DNA from: Camelus ferus
Lineage: Eukaryota
Length of the DNA stretch: 64,000 bases
Direction: 5' to 3'
Assembly: GCF_009834535.1 (NCBI RefSeq)
Contig: NC_045696.1
Span: 6,572,001 to 6,636,000, forward strand
Position 1 is the first letter of the stretch, and the number at the start of each line of letters is the position of its first letter. Both the position numbers and the translations under genes were made by a program. The notes below the pieces were generated by a model that was not told the origin of the DNA, made no database searches, and was given only the letters and a program-made list of their open reading frames with translations. Below, piece after piece: positions 37,700 to 48,263 of this stretch.

Positions 37700-38900
37700 T
37701 AGGCACAGAACGGGACCGGCCTGGCCCTGCTTTGACCCCCTAGGTCTGCTGTGGGGCCAGGCGGGCCTCGAGTGGCCCAGCTCCAGGCTGTGCTCAGCCC
37801 TCCCCCTCCCCCAGGGCCTGGGTAAGTGAGGTCGCTTTCCACTGCCAGCGACGTTAGGGACAACTGCGGACCAGGACCTGGCTGGCCTCCCCTCCCCCGG
37901 CCCAGCTGCCCGCCCTGGCGGGCAGGCGCTTGCTTACCTTGGAGACGGAACACCGCAGGGTTCTGAGCGGGCAGTTGGGCCCACAGGACGCTGGTCCTCA
38001 GAGGCAGAGCTGCGGAGGCCTCGCCGCCATGGAGGTCCTGCAGGCTGCCCGCGGGGCCACTTTCCAGCTGATCCTGGAGCCCCTGTGGGGCGCTCTGCTG
38101 CTTGTTTACGAAAGCCTGACACACGTCCCGGGTCTGCCTGTGCTTCGCTGGGAGAGCCTGGTGTGTGCTGGGGTGCTGGTCCTGGCAGGAAGTGGACGGT
38201 ACGCTTTAAGAAGGGGGAGGTCGCTTGGCAAAACGTGTTCAGCCCGAGACGAAGTCTGTGGAAAATGTGAAGAGGCTACGGGCCCGACGACTCAGGCCCA
38301 CGAAGCCCTCAAGCCACCTGGGCCGGAGGCCAGTCCTCCCTTGTTAAAAGTCTTATGCTTTTGGGCCTTGAAAGAAAACCTGAGAAAGACATTGTTTGAG
38401 GACACTGTTGCCTTTATAGAAAAGGCACTGAAGAGCCAGCCTCCTCAACTCTCCCGAGTCGCTGACGGAAAACACACCTTAAAGCCATCAGAGGAGAATG
38501 GAGAACGAGCTCAGAAGACAGAAAAGAATGATCTGAATAAGAGGGTTGGTTTTCCAGAGAGTCCAGAGCGGTTTCACCCAGAAATTGGAAGAAGGGAGCG
38601 ACAAGTCCAGGGAAAGGAGGAGCTGGGCGGGAGGCTGGAGCGGCCGAAGGCAGGAAAGGCGCAGGTCCTGCAAGACAGAATCAGCCGACTCAGATCCGTC
38701 GCGGACCACCTGCTGAAGGCCAGCCCCTCGCCCCGCCTCCGTGGGGGCCCCGCGGGTGGCGGGCGCGCAGACATCCAGCAGAAGGAGGGGGCAGAAGGTG
38801 GCCATCGCCCTGTCCCCGGGGCGGAGGGCGATCTGAAGGGCGTCACTGGTGATGCTGGCCGCAGTGTGCGCCTTCCCCGTCCCCAAGAGGAACATCAGGG
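37700..38900. promoter_or_regulatory. GC/CpG-rich leader and 5' body of the retrogene, candidate CpG-island promoter
   Basis: High GC with many intact CpGs, C-rich GC-box-like tracts (37798-37812, 37888-37915) and an optimal Kozak context gccgccATGG at 38023-38032. Confidence 0.45.
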
Positions 38901-39330
38901 GGCAGCCAGGTGCCTGCGGGAAGAAAAGCAGATGATCCAAGAGCTTACAGCACAAGTTACAAGTCTCCAAACAAAAGAAGCCTCTGTGAAGGGTGAGAAT
39001 TCCCGGCTCGATGGTGAGATTGAGCAGCTGAAGCTGAAGCTTCAAAGTCTGCCTGACGCCTATAACGACTGTGTGACGCAGCTTCACAGAGAGTTGTCCC
39101 AGGTGGAAGCTCGCTGCTTACAAGTTGAGAAGCAACTCACCCACGTGTGTAGAGACCTGGACTCCACACGTCAGATGCGCGACCTCTGCAAGAAGATGGC
39201 CCAAGATGCAGGTGAGGAATTGGAGAGAATCACCTCCTACCACCTCAAGGAGATCCGCTTCCAAGAGAAAAGAGCTGAGGAAGGCTGGCTGGCGGTGCCG
39301 GCCACCGAGAGAAAGCTCCAGGAGCTGTGA
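38029..39330 (+). CDS. Intronless cTAGE5 (MIA2)/TANGO1-family-like retrogene ORF, 433 aa, ending at a probably premature TGA
   Basis: Collinear similarity to cTAGE5 as recalled: WESLVCAGV~WELVICAAV, EDTVAFIEKALK~EDEILCLEKELK, QVLQDRISRLRSVADHLLK~QVLNDKESHIKTLTERLLK, QELTAQVTSLQT~EELTEHIKNLQT, EELERITSYH...EKRAEEGWLA...ERKLQEL~EELERTIHSY...EKKAHDNWLA...ERNLNDL. No introns, although the parent is multi-exon. It is a retrocopy, not the MIA2 locus, so no symbol is given. Confidence 0.8.
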   Translation: MEVLQAARGATFQLILEPLWGALLLVYESLTHVPGLPVLRWESLVCAGVLVLAGSGRYALRRGRSLGKTCSARDEVCGKCEEATGPTTQAHEALKPPGPEASPPLLKVLCFWALKENLRKTLFEDTVAFIEKALKSQPPQLSRVADGKHTLKPSEENGERAQKTEKNDLNKRVGFPESPERFHPEIGRRERQVQGKEELGGRLERPKAGKAQVLQDRISRLRSVADHLLKASPSPRLRGGPAGGGRADIQQKEGAEGGHRPVPGAEGDLKGVTGDAGRSVRLPRPQEEHQGAARCLREEKQMIQELTAQVTSLQTKEASVKGENSRLDGEIEQLKLKLQSLPDAYNDCVTQLHRELSQVEARCLQVEKQLTHVCRDLDSTRQMRDLCKKMAQDAGEELERITSYHLKEIRFQEKRAEEGWLAVPATERKLQEL

Positions 39331-39536
39331 CAAGAGAGTGACCGCACCAGGCAGATGCTGGCCCAGGTCGAGTCCAATATCCAGCCTCCCCCCAGGGGCC
39401 CTGTTGCTCCTGCTGCTCCACCCGCAGCCCCCAGGGGCCCAGCAGTGTCGGGGGGGGCCTGGGCCATCAGGCCCCCCGGGAAGGAGGAGGGCACCGCGGT
39501 GAGGGAGCAGGGCCCTGCGGTCACCTGCAGGTGTGA
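39331..39536 (+). pseudogene. Post-stop remnant of the retrogene C-terminus (start of the Pro-rich region), with a G8 homopolymer frameshift
   Basis: Continues in frame after the TGA (QESDRTRQMLAQVESNIQPPPRGP...). With 9 G instead of 8 it reads LGHQAPREGGG (~LDHQITNERG in cTAGE5) to TGA 39534-39536. Confidence 0.65.
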
Positions 39537-40434
39537 CTCAGCTCACAGCAGCCGGTCCAGACGCTCACAACCACAGCACAACGTCCGCACGTGTGCTCAC
39601 TTTTGAAAGTAATTTTGATTTTTCTCTTTATATTTAGCTACTATAACTTAATTGTTCTTTTCTAAGTAGATAAAACTTAATTTATAAGATTTTCTCAAAT
39701 TTTCATTTCCATCTGCATGTATTTCTGCTGAAGGAATTTCGTTTGTTCCTTGTTTAGTTAAGCTATTATTGCTAAATTGATGCCACAATTACTCTTATTA
39801 GAATAGCATGAAAACTCTATGGTAGTGTTATTTAAATGTAGACCCAATAATGTAATTCTCATGGATACATAATAAGTATTTTATTTTGATTTGAGTTGAA
39901 TGCCCACGATGACTTGAAGCATCCATTAAGTCTGACATGAATGGAAAAGTTGAACACAATAAAGACCATTTCTGTATGCAATGGCTAGTTTTACAAAACT
40001 GAGGAGGTAATTTAACACTTACCTTAGTCAACTTCTGTTGATTTTAAAAAATGTGAAAACAAAACAAAACCCAAACAAAAATGTTAACAAAATAGCACCA
40101 CATTCCAACTAGGTAATCTTTGTTAGTGTACCCCTAAATTCACAGTTTAGTCCTAAATTCGTCGGATTACATTAATCCTAAACTCACAGATTGGAGTACT
40201 TAAGATTTTGCAGCCATGTCTTTCTGTTTTGTAATTTTTTTCTTAACTGTTGTTATTTTGTTAAAAAGTTTTCTCTTTTTTTACATTTCTAAAATTTATG
40301 AAGTCAAAATTAAAAAGTGTTCTCTTGATGGCAAACACACACACGCCAACCACAGTACAGATACTCAGCCTATTCAGTTGCTTTGTGGGTAGCTGAAAAT
40401 GTAAAGTTAGAGTTTCATTTTTTTTAAGTGATTA

Positions 40435-40453
40435 AATAAATGTTGAAAATAAA
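40435..40453 (+). terminator. Candidate polyadenylation signals for the retrogene (two AATAAA)
   Basis: AATAAA at 40435-40440 and 40448-40453, followed by a GT-rich tract (tggtgttgttttgg), after ~0.9 kb of AT-rich UTR-like sequence. Confidence 0.4.
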
Positions 40454-41169
40454 AATGGTGTTGTTTTGGTATATAATTTGTATATAGACAAAAGAGTCAT
40501 AGATCATATCGACAGAAAATGAGAGGTACCTGATGATTCAGTAAGGGTCCAACTAGAAACCCTTCATCCAAACGGTGCAGCCGAGGGCGCTGAGATGCAG
40601 GCAGTCACGTGAGCTGTATCAGGGATGCGGGGGGACCGAGGAAGAGGGCTCTGAGGTGCCGGCAGTAAGGAAGCTCTTCTCACTGCTGGGTCTGGAGGAT
40701 GAGGGGCGAAGACGGCATCTGAGCTCAGCGAGGGGCGTCAGGGGGACAGGGAAACCTTCCCCGCCTCTGTCCTGTCCCTCCTTTTACTGCTGGAGCAAAA
40801 GGCAGCCACCCAGGGGGGCCAGGGAGGGCAGGCAGGAGTCAGCCTCCGGTGCAGAACAGCCCAGAAAAGGCCCGTAGAACCTGGAGAACGACCAGCACAC
40901 TTGACCCTATTTGATCCAATGTGTGTGTGTGTCTATTGCCTTCATTCACATCCACTTATTTAGTATGTTTGGAGTGTCTGTGACCTTTGACAACGTATAG
41001 GTGTTGGAGTGATGGAAAAAGGCAGCCAGGTGAGGCCTGTGGCCCCCTCCCCATGGACCCAGGGAAGGACGAGCTCAGATAATAAAGAAAAAAGAGACAA
41101 AGGATGGCAATCTCTGCTCTGCAGACAGCTCCAGTGGGTGACGCGCAACATGCGAAACCAGGAGGTGGT

Positions 41170-41640
41170 ATTTATGCTGAGATTTTAAAAGGGAAGAGGA
41201 GTTGGCCTGGGAAAGTCAGGGGGCAGAGTACTCCAGGCAGAGAGGACAGGAGTATAGAGACCTGAGAACTGGGTTTCTGGGCAGGGAAATGGGGCAAAGA
41301 GGACGGGGAGGGGGAGAGGGGGCGGGGAGCAGGCCCGCTGCACAGACATCTCTCTAGCGCAGGGTAGGGACACCAGGGAGGGTGCAGACCTGGGGGAGAG
41401 GGCTGGAGGCCGAGGACACGGAGTGATGTGTATCCTACACAGGTCTCTGTGGGCGGGGAGAGAGCAGAAGGTGGGGTGGGGGGAGGGGGGAGTTTGGAGG
41501 AAGGGGGCTCACAGGGGTCTGCGTGGAGCACTGGGGGCTGTGCTGGGGGGCGAAACACAGATACAGGAGAACACATAGACCGTGTGCAGGTGACTGGAGG
41601 GTCAGAGAAGAAGACTGAGGAACGACTCCTAGACTTTTCT
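41170..41640 (-). mobile_element. Degenerate L2 fragment with G-rich tracts
   Basis: gggaaagtcagggggcagagtactccaggcagagaggacagg resembles antisense L2. Confidence 0.4.
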
Positions 41641-43739
41641 AAGAACCCTGTGTATTTTTGTTCTACTTGAAGGAACTTTGAACAAATCTCATCAGAGGAA
41701 GCCTGAAAAAATCCAGCCAGGCATCCCTGAGTGACACCCCGTGAAAGCCTGCGTCTCTGGGGCACAGAGGGTTGAGCAGGCGAGCACTTGGGCTCCCCAG
41801 GTGTCTGCCATCCCTGACTGCCCTCGGGATCAGTGGTCTCACCCCTGGGGGTCCCACCACAGGGACTCCAAGGGCAGGTACGGGAGGGGCTGGAGGGGAG
41901 GGGGAGGATTCCCAAGTGTGAGGCGCTGGCTACCCGAGTGGAGCTGTCAGGACGCTACTCGTGGGGAGACCAAGGTGAACCCTAGGTTTCCTCCAGCAGG
42001 GTGTGCGGGCTGTGGAGAGACGGACTCAGGGCCCAGGAGTGCTGGTGAAGGAGGCCTACACACTCACTGTTGGCTCTGCACCGGCGCCCAGACTGCCTGC
42101 AGCAACCTCGGGTGAGGTGGGAGGTCAGGGAGGGCTCCCTGGGGGAGGTGGCCCTGAGCTGAGTACTGAAGCACCAGCAGGAGTTCTCTACAGGGCTTTC
42201 CACACTTGGAGGGGCCTGCGAACCCCTTGGAGGTCTTGTCACAAAGCAGATTCTGATTCATCAGGTCTCGGTCAGCCTGTGTCTGCGCTGGCACTGGACC
42301 TGAGCCAGGAAAGGTCTTTCGCTGGTTATGGGGGAGGAGCAGGGGGAGTGGAAGCGGGCAGAGGCATTTCTGGCTGAAGGCACAGCGCAGGCGAAAAGGC
42401 AAGGACCTAGAGCAGCCCGGGCTGAGTGAACAGGAGCGTCTGTGCAGTTAGCTCTCTGGGGCCAGAAACCGAAAGCCAGGAGGGCAGGCCCAGAGGGCAG
42501 AGCAGGTGTGTCTCCTGCACACACACGGTTCCCACCTGTCCCGTCACTGCTCCCTCTACCTTGTTGTCCCTGGAAGTCCCCTGTTTCAGAGGAGCACAAG
42601 GAACCACAGAGGCCCCTTGGGGGGCCAGCCCTAGACCTGTTTTGCAAGACAAAAGGCTCTTTAACCAGGGGAAGAGTCTATGGCTTCGGACCACAAACAC
42701 GAGCTCCTCTGTCCGTGAGTGGGGTGTCTGACAGCTCAGTTGTCTGTGCGGCTAGTGGACACCTCAAATGCAAACACATCTTACGTGTAAGTGTTGGGTG
42801 ACTAATACAGAAATTTACCCACTTGTGAAGAGAAGTAGAAGTGAAAGAATATGTATTGCTCTGTCTCCACCTCCAGCGAGGGTTTAGAGAGAGATGTATT
42901 TAATATATGGTGCTTTAAAAGCGTCACAACATCTGTACGCTTTGTCATTTCAACCTACAAAATTCTCAAGCGACAGCTACCCCAGGCACAAATTTCCAAG
43001 ACAGCGGCCAAGAAGGCTGTGTGTTCTTTCTCAGGGTTAAACTGGTGAGACTTTTATTTTGTTCATTCATGCATTCACTCATTCACCAACAATGATTTAC
43101 ATATTTATTAATAACAATTAATTACAGTTTATTGCAGACCTAGAAGGATCACAGCATCAGAAAGATCATGAAATTTAAAAAGAGATGAGTGCAGAGTCAC
43201 AGCAGGAAAAGTCACCCATTAGCCTGCTCCCCGTGAGCCTCGGGGCAGGACGGAGACCTCCAGCTCGCCCTCGGACCTGCACAGAGGCTCTTCTCAGGGA
43301 GGCTTCCATTCTGAGCCCGCGGCCACCTCCTCCTCAGCTGGACACAGCTGGAGAGGTCGGTCTGCAGAGGCCAGAGGCACAGGACTGACCTCGGGCAAGT
43401 GCCTTAACCCCAAGAAGGCTCAGTTTATATAACTGAGAAGTGAGAACAATTGTGCCTTGGCGGGGTTGCCACCCGAGTGAGAAACCACACTCGTGCTGTG
43501 ACCAGGATGTCAGCTCTCAGAGAAGGGTGACTCTCAGAGGCAGGCTGAGCCTTCGTGGAGCCCGGGGCAAAAGGAGAAGTCAGTCATGCCCTTTCTCTTT
43601 ATCTAAAATTTCGCTATTGTTCCTCGTGGATTTTTCTCCTTTAATTTGGATTTTTTAAAAATACACTGCCTTCAAGGATTAATTGGTTACTGAATTTTGA
43701 GAGCCTTTTTTGGGCACTCTTGAAACTGTTTTATCAAAA

Positions 43740-44340
43740 AATATATAAACCATTTTAACTATGTTTAAGTTAATAGTTACCATTTTAACTATTTTAAATG
43801 TAAAGTTCACTGGCGTTAAACATAATTTGAGTGTAAAATTCACCCCCACGGTCATACAACTATCTCCACAATCCGTCTCCAGGACTTTCTCATCTTCCCA
43901 AACTGAACCCTGTCCCCATTAAACACTGACTCCTCAGCCCTTTAAAACCTCTATTCTAATTTTCATATATATATATATATTTTTAATTGGAGTATGGCCG
44001 GTGTACAACGCTGCGTCAGTTTCAGGTGCACAGCACAGCGCGTCAGTCTTTCATGGACGTGCATGTATTCGTTTTATGCTCTCCTTCACCGTAAGTTACT
44101 GCAGGGTATTGAATACAGTTCCCCGGGCTGCACAGCGTGAACTTGATATTCATCTGTTTGTCTACCTTCTGTCTCCATGACTGACTACCTAGGTACCTCC
44201 TTGAAGTGAACATACAGTATCTCTCCTTCTGTGACTGGTCTATTTGGCTCAGCTTGTTTTCAAAGTTCCTGTTGTAACATGTGTCAGAATTCCATTATTT
44301 TTAAAACCTGAATAATGTTCCATCGTATGGATAGACCACA
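43740..44340 (-). mobile_element. L1MB-type 3' UTR interrupted by a younger L1 3' end
   Basis: cattttaactattttaaatgtaaagttcactggc...ggactttctcatcttcccaaactgaaccctgtccccattaaacac...aataatgttccatcgtatggatagaccaca. Confidence 0.8.
43976..44158 (-). mobile_element. L1 3' end with extreme AT>GC divergence
   Basis: Aligns colinearly to the L1 3' ends at 31305, 5665 and 22740, but with ~38 weak-to-strong changes. Confidence 0.85.
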
Positions 44341-44369
44341 AACAGGTCAATTAATTTATTCAAGGTCAA

Positions 44370-44704
44370 CCATGCACCCAGGATCCGCACCAACCCTAAT
44401 TCCCAATGCGATGGCCTTTGGGGATGGAGCCTTTGGGAGGTAATTAGAGCATGAGAGTGGAACCCTCACGATGGAGTTAATTCATTTCAAAGAAGAAACG
44501 AGAGAGAGCTTGCTTCCTCTCTGCCGCGTGAGGACACAACAGGAAGACCGCCACCTGTAAATCAGGAAAAGGGTCCTCACCAAGAACCCAGCCACGGCGG
44601 CACCCTCCCCTCGGACTTTCAGCCCCAAGAATGATGAGAAATCAATGTTTGCTGTTTCAGCCACTCAGCCTGCGGTAATTTGTGACAGCAGCCCAACTGA
44701 GATA
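44370..44704 (+). mobile_element. MLT1A-type LTR
   Basis: ccctaattcccaatgcgatggcctttggggatggagcctttgggaggtaattag...gtaatttgtgacagcagcccaactgagataa. Confidence 0.85.
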
Positions 44705-45239
44705 ACCAGCTATGTAAGAAATGGCTTTGCTTGTCTTGAACTTGTTTCCTTATCTATCAAATGAGATAACCACATCTGCTCAGTTTGGGGGATGGTGAAA
44801 TGAGATGAAATATATCAAGTCCTGGGTACACCGATGCCCTCAGTTTATAGAGCAAGACCCTGGCATGACACAAGGGTTTGAGACGTTGCCATGAGCTTAA
44901 TGACACACCTGCATTCACTGTCTAAGCCCAAGAAGACTTCTCCTTGAAGCATCCCCATTATGAGCTGTTTACAATCGGCAGGATTCCAGTCTTGGCTCAT
45001 CAGAGTCTGAACTCCCTAAGGCACACTCCCTAAGCCACTCTCCCAAAGGTAAATAGCCCTGAAGCAGGTAGTTTTGACCCTTCCCCTGTCCTTCTCCCTG
45101 GAAGGGCAGCCCCAGTCAGTCTTGCCAGGGTTGACCATTCATTCTGGGTAAGATCTCTTCTGCCCCTCCACTCAAGCCGTCATCCATCTCTGCTGTCTGC
45201 TGCTCTGCTCTCTGCCACTCTCCTCTCTGTCCTTCTCCC

Positions 45240-45950
45240 CATCCCTGCTCACCCCACTTAGACTAGGAACAAATCATTGTTCACTTAGATTGTCGGAACA
45301 GCATTGCAGCTGGAAGGCTCATCCCCAGGTCCACCCCTCTCCAATTTCTAACCTCTTGATTCACTGCGACCAGAGTAACCTTCCAAGAACACATGTGCAG
45401 TGCTATCCTGGTAACTTCTGCTCTCAGAGGACACGGTTCTCCACCTCTATCATTGGAGATCACAAATGGAGCTATCAATCTGAGAGAAAGAAAACCTAGC
45501 AAGTCTATCAGGAACTCCTTTTTGTTTCCATCCAAAACCCAGGCTTCTCACTACGTCTTCCGGGGTCCTTTAAGACCTGGGTGCCAAGGATGCTACAACT
45601 CCACCTCCTATTGCTCTTCTTCGTATGCTCCTCTCATATTAAACTGGGTGGACCCCTGCATTTGCCCATCAGTGTCCTGCGTCTGAGCTTCCTTCATCAT
45701 TTTCCCTACACCTAGATTATCTTTGCTTCTTGTCTTCACGCACATAACGCTTACACACCTGACTGTCTCAACTCAGGGTTTCCTGCTTTCAGAAGCCTTT
45801 CTTGGGGCCTCAGCCAACTTAAGTGTCCTTCCCATGTCTCCCCACAGCCTCAGTGACCCCTCTAGGCTGGTCCTTATTATACCGCATGTCAGTTGTCCCT
45901 TGAGTTGTCCAACTCCCTCATCAGACAATGGACTTTTTGCGTTACTGCTC
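45240..45950 (+). mobile_element. L2 fragment
   Basis: Pyrimidine-rich L2-like text (caggtccacccctctccaatttctaacc...accagagtaaccttcc...cttcctgctttcagaagccttt). Confidence 0.55.
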
Positions 45951-47764
45951 ACCTAGCACGTCACTGTCCTCTGTGTGCGACTCTTCTTGTATCTATGTGA
46001 GTAGCTGGGAGACCCTCAGTTTGGGAATGAGCTGGGGGGAATGCAGACATGTTCACATATGAAGTGCTGGGTGGACCAAAAGGCAACCTACAAGAGAGAT
46101 CAAAGAGTCTCCTGGGAGAAAACTCAAACTGTGGGAGAGTTTCTAGCTACAGAGAGCTTAGTTTCAGGCTATTGTTGATGAACTGACGGCCTTCCGCTTC
46201 CCCCAAAACTCAGATAAGAGGTCAGAGGTGAGTGGTACGGGAAGAGGGCTGCACTGGGCAGAAAGCAGGCAGATGGGAAGTACTATGTGGTCCCCGTCCT
46301 CTCTGAGGATGAAGGTTTTCCTGCTGGGTCACACCACCTGCCACATACCACACACACATGTGCACACACTGTCCCTTCTAGCTTGCTCCTAGCTGAGTCT
46401 CCTAACCCTCAAAGCTCTATTTCCTTCCCTTCAGATGACCAGCATGGAGCCTGGAACATAGTAAGTGCTCAATGAACAGCATCACTCTATTCGCGTCTCC
46501 CTTTGAGGAGCCAGAGGCATCAGTGCTCACATGAGGAGACTCTATTTAACAGGCAACAGTGAATATAGGTGGTTAACGTACTCACACAGACATGCCCAAC
46601 CATTTGCGTGGCTGCGGAGAAAGGACACCAAGAACACAGCAAGGAGGGATGTTTGCATGCTGGAGTGTTGGTCTCAACCACAGACATGTCTAATTCCACC
46701 GCGTGGCTTCTGCCATCGTACAAAACCACTGCCCATGAAATTGATTCGAGAGTCACACGTACACAGACACACTACGTGTATGAAGTATGTACAGAAAGGG
46801 GCAAGACACAGCGGTATGGCTGTGTGAGCATCCAGGGTGCATTCCTATGCCTGTATCTACAGCAGCTGCCATCAGATGCTTGGTTCTGTGACACCATTAT
46901 TCCCAAAACTTTAAAACACTTTTCACTTCCCGTATATCCAGACACTTGATCAGCCTTTAAAATCTACCTCTTAGAGATAATACCATGTGTAGATGAAACT
47001 AAAAAACATCAGTGTGGTTGGAGCCATTAATCAATGCCTAGGACTCGTAAAGGAACAGCAAATTCGCAGTAAAAAGTGCATTTACAAATATCTACCTTGA
47101 CTTTGTTTGTAATAACTTTTACAAGTGGGAAAAAAGTGTGGTGCTAGATCACTTGCTTAAATTATATTTGTTTCCTGGGAGGAAAACGTCTAAATCATTA
47201 GTGAGAGAAGAAGGAATTCACTTTTCTTTGATAAAAACAAAGTTAAAGAGTTTTAGTAAGCTCCTGGAGTTTAAGGAAGTATGGAAGGTTGATCTTAAAG
47301 GTTGGGGCATAACATCAGGCCATTAAGGGTGCTCTGGATGGCCATGCTGGGATAAAGTCGTCACAAAGGCACTGACAACGTGTCGTATGAAGCAGCACGT
47401 ACTTGTTACATTTGTGAACTTTTTCATTAGAAGATACTGGCTGCCTGCAGGGACAAGGCAATTTACATGCAACTCTGCCTATGGTCCGGTTTTGTCCAGT
47501 AGAATCTTCCCCACCCTTCTATTCCTCTTTCGTCTTATGCCAAAAATCTGTAAGAAGGGAAAAAGCCAAGATGTGCTGGTTCCCCTTTTGAAACATTGTT
47601 TAATACACACAAAAATTTTCCAAAAAATTTCTGATGGAATCCAATCAGGGTCAAGATTGATCATCTGCATTTAGCATTTACTCTTCTGAAGTTTGAGAAG
47701 GTCAAGTTATGCATATATAGAAGAAAATATACCCCAAATGAGCTTACCAGTTTGTTTTATTATA

Positions 47765-48125
47765 ATAATTATTATTATTACTTTTTTAAGGAAGTTTAAA
47801 AGTTTAAAAGCAAAATTGAGGGGGAAATACAGAGATTTCCCACATACCTCCTGTCCCCACACATGCATAACCTCCCCCATTATCAACATTCCCCACCAGC
47901 ATTTTGTCATACTTGAAACTACATTGGCACATCTTAACCACCCAAGGTTCATATTTCACATGACTGCTTACTCTTGGTGCTGCATGGTCTATGGATTTGG
48001 GCAAATATGTAATGACATGCATCCACCATTATGGTGTCATACAGAATAGTTTCACTGCCCTGAAAATTCTCTGTGTTCCAACTCCTCAACCCTTATCCTC
48101 CCTACCTCAGCCCCTGGCAAGCCGT
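47765..48125 (-). mobile_element. L1MA/MB 3' UTR fragment
   Basis: agcaaaattgagggggaaatacagagatttcccacatacc...atgacatgcatccaccattatggtgtcatacagaatagtttcactgccctgaaaatt. Confidence 0.85.
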
Positions 48126-48263
48126 TTGCTGTTAAGAATTATCCAGTCCTGAGAGGGACAGGCCCTCTCTAGTCATCAAGCCCCCAGATGCCAGGGCATC
48201 AAGAACACAGAAAATTTAAAATATATAATAATATGTAATTTAGCAACAAAATAAAATGAAAGC

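Noticed and set aside
37930-38028. Longer 466-aa ORF start given by the ORF track
   Set aside because: It begins at a non-ATG codon, and the extra 33 residues have no cTAGE similarity. ATG 38029 has an optimal Kozak context and aligns with the parental Met.
38488-39087. 199-aa minus-strand ORF and other antisense ORFs over the two cTAGE-like copies
   Set aside because: These are shadow ORFs of a GC-rich coding sequence with no independent homology.
43981-44158. ADAR or APOBEC hyper-editing as the cause of the substitution cluster
   Set aside because: T>C and A>G occur in similar numbers on the same strand, with some T>G. Editing would be strand-specific, and APOBEC would lower GC.
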